Assembly (NCBI RefSeq): GCF_009914755.1
Contig: NC_060946.1
Length of the DNA: 64,000 bases
Strand: one strand, 5' to 3'
DNA from: the human T2T-CHM13v2.0 reference genome, Homo sapiens
The notes below the pieces were generated by a model. The model was not told the origin of the DNA. It was given only the letters and a program-made list of their open reading frames with translations, and did no database searches. The position numbers and the translations under genes are program-made. Below, piece by piece: positions 55,849 to 64,000 of the stretch; positions within the stretch are counted from its first letter, which is position 1; each line of letters opens with the position of its first letter.

Positions 55849-58800
55849 ACACTGTCCAGGTCAGGGTGCAGGCCCCACGTTGCAGGCCTCCTGCCCAGAA
55901 CCCTGCCCTCATTCCACTCCTCCAGGGCTGGGAGCCTGACCCTGAGTCGGCTTCACCCCCATCACCTTGACCCCTGACCCAGCGTTCTCTGGGTCCCTCC
56001 TGACCCTTCTGGCTGAGGCCCCTGCCCAGGGCTGCGCTCCTCCCAACAGCTCCTTCACAGAGTTGTGGGTCTCAGAATGATCCTCATTGTATACACAGGG
56101 CCAGGGCCTCTTTTTGTCTTTTTGCATAATTCCTCCTGCAGGGGCCCCACCCCAGCAGGGCCTCAGCCCAAGGCTCCAGTGGCTGAGCGGCCCCCTTCCA
56201 GCTTCCCTGGTCAGGAAACACCCCCTCTTGCGGCTGCCCAGAGACAAAGGGTCCCCTGGGTGTGGCACTTGCTGTCAGGCATATTCTAAGCCCCAGGCAA
56301 GCATCCTGAATGTGTGGCCAGTGGTTGGTGACAAAGGCTCAAGATAAGGGTTCACGCCCTGAACAAAAAATGTCCCAGGCCACCTGCAGCCCACGAGGGG
56401 CCTACCAAGAGAGGCCCTGGCACCTTGGTCCAGCCAGGGGCTGTGCAGAAGCTGCTGGAACCCCCTTGCTCTGTCGCTGGTGGCTGGTGCAGAGACTGGT
56501 CACCCTCTGCCGACCTATGGTCTGAGGAGCCCCCCGGGTGGAAGGCTGCGAGCGATAATGTCAGGCAGCCTCTGTGATCTGGGTCCCACCCCCTCGCCAC
56601 GTGTCCCCCCAGCTTCCAGGCTCCACGTCTGTGCCAAGGTCGGCTCCTCAGTCCATCTTGCCCAAGCCATGCTCACAGGGATAGCCCTATTGCCAAGGCA
56701 ACACTGCCCCTCCTGGAATGCACCCCCGGCCATGCAGGCAGCCTGCAGCACTCACTTCCTCCTTCTCATCTTCAAGTGAGAAACGTCTTCCTCTGCCCCA
56801 CTCAGACCATCCGTCTCTCTCTCTGGGCAACATCAGAGCCTGCCCGGGATCCCCACAGAGGCTGTGCGAGTCTGTGTCCCCAGCCCGGGATCCAGGCCCG
56901 GACTCCTCTTTTGAACGTTCCCTCCGCCTCCAGCAAGGTGTGGCCCCCACGAGCTGAGCCCCCAGGTGAGGAGCATCTAAGGCCTCGGGACCTGGGCTGT
57001 GGTAGCTTTTCGTCCCAAGCTGCTCAGTGAACTTGATGGCAAGTAATTTACCCTTAATATCCTACCAGCTAAATCTCATTATTGTCTTTACAAGAGCCAA
57101 TATGTACACATTGATAGCCAGGCCTATTACATCTTAGCGTTCAGACTAAATGTCTGAAACATATTTTGAGAGAAAGCATAAAATTGCTTATTTTATTGAG
57201 CAAACCAATTAGAACAAGTCAGACCCTTTTATGAAGACACAGCACTGAGGGGCTCCATCAAACCTTCCTCTCATCCCCAGAGGTCCTCACGCTCACAAAA
57301 TTGGCAGATTGTCAGCATTTGAGATGCTTCTTCAGGAAATTCAAATTTCATTTTCCCCAGTAGGTTAATTTCCCATGATTAGAAAAGAGTGAGGACTATT
57401 ATTTTAAGTACTTCCCCCTGCCCTTCCACGGGGACAGTAGGAAGAACATATGCTCAAAGCACATGGATATTTTCCCTCCCTAAACATTAAAAAAAGAAGA
57501 AGAAGAAGAAAGAGAAACAGGAAAAGACTGGATTTCCTGCCATTTTAGCAAGACTGCAATTTCATTCTTAACCCCTCTGAGAATTCACATTCAGGCTGCA
57601 ACCTTGAGAGTTGAGGGCCTCCACGTGCCTCAACCCAGGAAAACCAGGCACACTTGTAAACTCTCTTGGGAACCTCCCAAAAGCTGGTTTTTATAATTAG
57701 GAAAATAATTAGGACAATTTGGAAAAAAGAGTACACAACATGATGAGTTAGAAGCTGCTGCAGGGAGACCGTATATGTTGGGGTTACAGCCGCTTGTTCC
57801 TGGGGAGAGGGGCAGCTCTGGGAGAGGCTAGGGGAGAAGCCCCCGTTTCCCTGCTCACCCCACATCAGGCTTCTCCAGAAAAGTCCCAACCAGAGCAGGT
57901 GGTAGGAGTTTAGCTGGGAGATCCAGCACAGATGCCTGGGACGAGGCTCTGGAAGTGAGAATCCCAGCAGCAGTGAGGTCCTCTCCTGGGTCCGATGGGT
58001 GAGGGGAGTCCGTGGGAAGATGGCTGAGGGAGATCTGGAGGAGGCAGAGCTGAAGGGGAAATCCAAGGCAGTAAAGTGGGACCCCGGAGTCTGGTGGGGC
58101 ATTGGAGGTCTGTCGCTGGGGATCCCGACTGTCGGGTGGCTCGGATGGCACTGGACAGGGCCAGCCTCTCTGGTGGGTGGCCTCATCCAGCCCCTTCATT
58201 TCACCTCCTGCCAGGGGCAGGCGTCACTGTGTCCTACAGATGCTGAAACCCTGGCCTGTGAGGGCTAAGTGGCCTTGTTCAAGCACATACACCCAGGGCA
58301 GGGAAGAAGCTGGCACTCCAGCCTGTGACAAGGCCTTCTTTCAGGCAGCAGGTCAGGTGTGTTTCTCTGCTCCATGATCTGTGTGCCCTGTTCCCTCCAG
58401 CAGGGAGTGTTGACACAGTGGCAGCCCGGGAGCCTCCCACATGCTCCGGAGCTGCCTCCCCTGTGTGGTGATGGAGTCTTCCTCTCCAGCCACAGGCCAT
58501 CCTCTCTTGGTGCAGCAATGTTCACCCTCTGCTAAATCACATCTACGAGTGGGACACTGTGGCGCCTGCCAGAGCACCGGGCAGCCCCCAGGGACCCTTG
58601 AAGGTGGGCGCAGGTCACAGCCACCTGTCCAAGCCTCTGCTTCAGCACTGGAAGTGGGTGCGCTGAGAATGTGTTCTGGTGCTGGAGAGACCTCGGGTCC
58701 AACATGGGATGCAGACCCAGGACTCAGAGAAAGGGGGAGTCAGGGAGGTGGGAGGCAGCCCCTGCCCTTCCACCATGGACACCGGCGTCTGTTCCCTCCT

Positions 58801-60405
58801 GTTTTTCTTTAATGCAGGCATTTACAAGGAAGAGCTTAGTGAAGCTTCGCTCACGTTTTCAAATCAAGCAAGGCTGAGGTCACTCATGAGGTCTGCCTGG
58901 CTTTGTCCACTCAGGCTTCCTCAGGCCTGTCCCCATTTTAATCCATTTTAATAGCTCTCGACACCCGTGATGCCCAGTGGGAAAATGCAGCAGAGAAACC
59001 CCCTTTCCTGTGGCAAGGATCTGTTAGCTCCCCACGCAAGATATGAAAGAAGATACGCGACATCCTTTTTGGGAAAAAGAAAGTACAAACCACCACTGAA
59101 GGATGACGAGAAGCCTTAAGGACAGGAAGCATGAAAGTGAAGCCATGACACATAAAATAATCAAGCAGGAGAGGGGCACATCCCAGAGCCCAGGGGAAGA
59201 ACGGGCCGGGCTGCAGTAAATGGTGCTGGGACCATTGGTTTTTCAAATAGAAAAACACTCAGATTGATCTCTAACTTACACCAAATAGGAAGGTAAATCC
59301 CAAGTGAGTTGAAGACTAGTTTTTTAAAAGTAAAATTTTAAGGCACTTTGAATAAAATATGGGATTATATCTTTATGACCTTGAGTTAGAAAAGATGTCT
59401 TCAGCAAGACCCAAAAGCCCAGGTCATAAAGGAAATGATTGATTAATTCAACCACATTAAATTTTAAATTTCTGTGAAATAAAAGCCATCATAAAGGCTG
59501 AAAAGACGAGCTGAAGACCTGCAGAAGATCTTGCAATGCATGGATGGATAATGCTGTGATATTCCGGGTATATTTTAAAACCCCTACAAGGAAGTATAAT
59601 AAAGACAAGCAACTTAACAAAAGTCTACACAAAAGATATGAACAAACATTTCACAGAAAGGGGCAAAAGTCATGACCAATGACAGGTTAACAATTCTGAA
59701 CATAATAGTAATCAGGAAAAATAAACATTCAGGCAATATCATATACAATCACATGCATCCAGTTATCAAAATCTTAAACAGCTGAGCACAGCAAGGCTGG
59801 TGAGGATGGACACCGTGGGGACACAAGAGACACAGGGGATCGCCATGGGGATCACTGCTGGGGGACAGGGACCAGGAAGTCAGCCATTCACAAGAGCTCC
59901 TGCAAATAAAGGCATGTGTCCTGTGACCTAGGAATCTTTCTCCTAGCCTTAAACGAAGGTTTTGGCCAGGCACAGAAAGAAAAAGCCGGAAAGAATGTCA
60001 AACGAAGCATGGCTTTTAATGTCACAGAAGGTTTTGAAATGACCTAAATGTTCATCAGTATGAGTTGAGAATATTACTAGTGAAAATGAATTAGGAAGAG
60101 CTGAGTCTATTAACACGGGTAAGCTTCGAAAGCCATGTTGAACGAGAAGGCACAGAATGATTTGTCCTACAAAACACGACTTTATAAAGTGTAAAATGTG
60201 AAGGATGGTATTAAGTGCTGTGCAGGGACATATGTCCACATGGAAGGCTGATATGAAAGGTGGGAAAGTTTGATGGGAACCTGATTTGGGAGAGTGGCCA
60301 CTGCCGTTAGGAGTAGCCTCAATGGCATGGCACAGAAGAAGCTTATGTAAAAGCAAGTAAAACAAAACGGCAAATGACTTTGTTCTCATAAAATTATGAG
60401 GTCTA

Positions 60406-60696
60406 GGCCAGGTGTGGTGGCTCATGCCTGTAATCCTAGCACTTTGGGAGGCTGAGGTGGGTGGATCACCTGAGGTCAGGAGTTTGAGACCAGCCTGGCC
60501 AATGTGGCAAAACCCTGTCTCTACTAAAAATACAAAAATTAGCCAGGCATGGTGGCACTTGCCTGTAATCCCAGCTACTGGGGAGGCTGCGGCATGGAGA
60601 ATTGCTTGAACCCAGGAGGTGGAGGTTGCAGCGAGCTGAGATCGCTGCACTCCAGTGTGGGCAACAAGAGTAAAAACCAGTCTCAAAAAAAAAAAA
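60406..60696 (+). mobile_element. AluSx/Sq
   Basis: full dimer; TSD ATGAGGTCTA. Confidence 0.96.
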
Positions 60697-60709
60697 TGAG
60701 GTCTAAACC

Positions 60710-61095
60710 TGGGCTGGTGTGTGGCTCTGTGGCGATGTGAGAACTGTGAGCTTCCCCCCTTTCTGCTGCTTTCCCATGCTGCATCCTTTCTGAACAACTG
60801 CTGTTCTCACGGTTACCTCATGTTCCAGGGTGGCTGCTGGCATTCCTGCAATCTCAGCTCTATTCCAGGCCAATAGCTGAAGGAAGTGAAAGAGGATGAA
60901 AGGATGCTCGTTTCGCTTTCAGGAGCATTCCCCAAAATCCCCACAGGGTGGCTTACATCTCCATCTCTCAAGGCCAAACCTGGCTGCAAGGGTGACTGAG
61001 CCAATGCTCTGTGAGTGGAGAGTGCTTTTGCTCAGAGTAAACTCCAGGTTTTGTTGCTGAAGAGGAAGGGGTAATGGCTTGGGCAGAAGCCAGGC
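60710..61095 (-). mobile_element. MLT1J-like old MaLR LTR
   Basis: CCTCATGTTCCAGGGTGGCTGCTG..CCTGGCTGCAAGGG..GGTTTTGTTGCTGAAGAGGAAGGGG. Confidence 0.55.
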
Positions 61096-62609
61096 CCTGC
61101 CCCATGGTTACCTATGGGGAGGGGAGCATCTGAAATGCTGGAGGGGCGGGAGGGTTTTCACTTGTACGGAAGTTTATTTTTCAAAAAGAAATCAGAAACA
61201 AGTATGGACAATTTTGAAATTTTATTAAAAAATAGTAAGTGAAGAGTGTACACTGTTCTCTATTTTTTATGTTTGAAATAGTTTACAAGAAGAAAGAAGA
61301 ATGAAATAGAAAATGCATATACATTGATTTTATTAATGATATGCAATGATCCATCAATTTATAACAATATAAAATACCAAATAAATGTTAAAATTCACTC
61401 ACCCTGGAAAAAAATCAAGACTTCTTTTTCTGAAAAGATGGAAACCCTCCCAGCTCTACAATGTGTTGAACAATTTGTTTAGCTTCATTCTCAGCCCAAT
61501 GTGTCTTTCCTTCTTTCTCCTGGTTTCTTACAACTCTTTTCTTGTGCTTTTCCCAATGGAAAGTGACTTTCTCCTGTTCTGTTCATCAGACAATATAACC
61601 TTCAATCTCAGGTTGTCCACGGACCTCTAGATACAGGCTCACTGGCTCTTTGCAGCTGTGCCTGCTTGGCACCTGCTAACCATTAAACAGCAGGACTAGC
61701 TTTTATGTCCCTGCTGCCAGGGGTCCACCTGAGCACCTGGGACCTGGCACCCTTGCCCTTTAAGCTGCAGTCATCTCTGGTCACAAGCGTTGTTTGCCCT
61801 TCCCACACCAGTCCAACCCAGGCCAATCACGGAGCGGGTCTTCGTCAGACCTGGTTAAGACCTGAGGCTCACGCTGGAGCACATGTCTCGGCCGGAGAGA
61901 GTATGACACGGGTGTAGCATAAATCACGGGAATGTAAGGAGCGTGTCTCCACGGAGCTTGTAGAGTGAAGAAGAGACAATCAACCCATGGTAAACGTGTT
62001 AACGTTTTGATGTGATGATCACTGGAAACTATTTAGTGGCACGAAAACATAAACACGCCTCCGCTCCTCGTCCTGCCCTACCTCCCGGTACTCGCATCTA
62101 TTTCATCTCTCACTGTTCATCCATTATTTGTCTCTTTATCGACCATATTTCCTCCAGATCTGCTGACTGGCCGTTCATTGTGCATTTCTGCCAAAGAGGC
62201 TCTTGATTTCTGACTCTTCAAATCATTTCCAAATGTGTTACTGAGAACCAACTGCCTGAAGCCTGAGCGTCTGCAAGGAGGAGTTTATTTCGGGCAGAGG
62301 GAGGGTGTGGGGGTGGCCCCGACTGGTCCTGACTCCCACCCATGCCATCTGGGAGGCTGGTGGCCAAGCTACGTGCACTCTGGCCCCAACTCTGCCCCAT
62401 CGCCCCACGTACCTGGTACCCTTTGCAGGAGTGGAGGTGCCTCCCTGGGGCCGTGAGTGCTATGCAAAAAAGAACCAACTGTTCCCTAGGTTTCTGCACT
62501 AAGGCAGGGAAGGGGAGGGCAGAACAATCTTGAGCTGACTGTCCCTGACTGCCACTTCACGGCTTGTCATCCTGGCCTAGTCTCAGGAAAGGGATCCCAC
62601 AGCCGAGAA

Positions 62610-62980
62610 TTTAGGAAATCAGCAGCTGGCTGTAAATAAGCTGATGATAAACAAGGCGACCTGCTGAATTAAAATGCAAAGCATTTCTCCCAGCTCCCTG
62701 ATAACCACTGAAAGGTAAAATCGCCAGTCTTTCCATGAAAGAAATTAGCATTAATAAGATGAAACCGTATTTGGGATAACTGACAATTTGATGAATGTGC
62801 TGAGAGGATTGGACGTGATGCATTTGATGGATAATATTTTGGGTTGCCTCGGGTTGCATTTAATTGTTCCTTCTTCGTTCTCAGCTTTAGTTAAGTGAAA
62901 TAGAAAACCCCAGTGATGCTGGAATTTATCTTTCAGGAGGCAGATGCACGGCTTAATTATCAATCCCGGCTGATAGCCTC
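62610..62980. promoter_or_regulatory. candidate developmental enhancer (AT-rich, non-repeat, motif-dense)
   Basis: E-box, FOX, GATA, MEIS, TCF-like, PBX-HOX, NKX and TAAT motifs within ~370 bp; conservation not verifiable here. Confidence 0.4.
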
Positions 62981-64000
62981 TCCGTCTGTGCACAGGGCAG
63001 TGGGGGACGTGGACTGAGCTCTCTGCGTCTCATTTTTCTCCGCCCCTCTGAACCGCATGTGCTGCCTGAAGGCGGATGTGCTGTCTCCCAGTTGGGCCTC
63101 CCTTCCCTTGGCCTGGTGCTGAGGTCGGTTGAGGCCTCCACAGAGATGGAGAGACGAGGTCCCAGGTCCACGTGCACCTGCTCACTCTCAGCGGGTGTCC
63201 GATTTCCCTTCACAGGAAAAGCCCGCAGGTCAGCTGGCAGAGAGGACCCCTGAGTTGAGATTCCAGAACTCTGTCCTCAGATATGATTTGGGGTCAAGCT
63301 GGTAGTCTAAATCCTTTTCCAGATGTCTTCTGAGGCTGGTTTCTTCTTTCCCTGTGGGGATGCAAATGCCCCCACAGGTGGACTACACCAGGCTGTACCC
63401 TGCAGGAGCAGTATCCTCCACCTGATTAACCCTTCCAAACCCTCTTTCCCCTGATGTTCTCACAGGGAGGTTTCTGGAACCCTCCTCTCCATGCTCTTGG
63501 GACCACCTATAGCTGCCTCTGACTCACAGCCCTCCTGGTCTGTTTCCTTGTCTTTGCCTCCAGGCTGAGATCACTGACTGCGTGGCTGTGCCCAGACACA
63601 GCTCACCGTGCTCAGTAGAACAACGTCACTCACTTCTGTCCCCAGTGCCCCGGCGAGGCCCGACCTGTAGAAGTGACTTCATAAATGTACATTAAATGCA
63701 GTGGAAGCATCCATTTCTTCATCTTTGTCCCTGCCTGAATGTTCAACTATTTGAAGGAAAGGACCTGTCTACCACCTCTTTGCCCCCAGCACTGGGCACA
63801 GGCCTAGCCCAGCCTCACGGTTCCGTGGGGACTTGAAAGAGAGGGGTGAGGGCTGCTTGGGCAAATGAGCCAAGTCTCCCATGGGCAGGCTCTGCCAGGA
63901 ATAAGGGTCACCTCAAGGGAAAGGCTGGCCTGTGCCAAGACAGATGCCAGGCCAAGGGGCACCGTGGCACCTGCCTTGCCCTGTAAACACGGCACAGGAA

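Larger units (their letters stand above)
59030..61310 (+). mobile_element. decayed L1ME-type 3' region interrupted by an Alu and a MaLR LTR
   Basis: A-rich ORF2-end phrases AAATGGTGCTGGGACCATTGG, TATCTTTATGACCTTG and AAAAGATATGAACAAACATTTCACAGAA. Confidence 0.7.

Noticed and set aside
59949-60797. 282-aa minus-strand ORF
   Set aside because: Antisense Alu plus antisense decayed L1.

Overview
Primate genomic DNA, very likely human or great ape (AluY, AluS, AluJ, THE1/MST, L1PA/L1PB are present). It reads as GC-rich intergenic or deep-intronic sequence, and I cannot name the locus. I find no credible protein-coding gene. The long ORFs are explained by Alus, low-complexity tracts, a 96-bp VNTR and decayed L1/ERV fragments. 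Roughly half the window is transposable-element derived: about 13 Alus, old and mid-age L1s, ERVL/MLT2 and MaLR LTRs, a ~2.1-kb class III ERV pol fossil, and a complete piggyBac MITE (MER75) with TTAA target duplications. The rest is unique GC-rich DNA with AT-rich enhancer-like islands and many tandem repeats. The most notable structures are: (1) a 13-copy 96-bp VNTR that repeats a consensus CAG|GTGAGT splice donor on the minus strand; (2) a 116-bp ungapped inverted duplication in unique DNA; (3) an AT-rich expansion containing a perfect 52-bp palindrome; (4) motif-dense AT-rich islands resembling developmental enhancers. I cannot support a genuinely new biological system from sequence alone; these are leads. 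Repeat subfamily names come from recalled consensus sequences and need RepeatMasker/Dfam confirmation. Boundaries of old elements are approximate.
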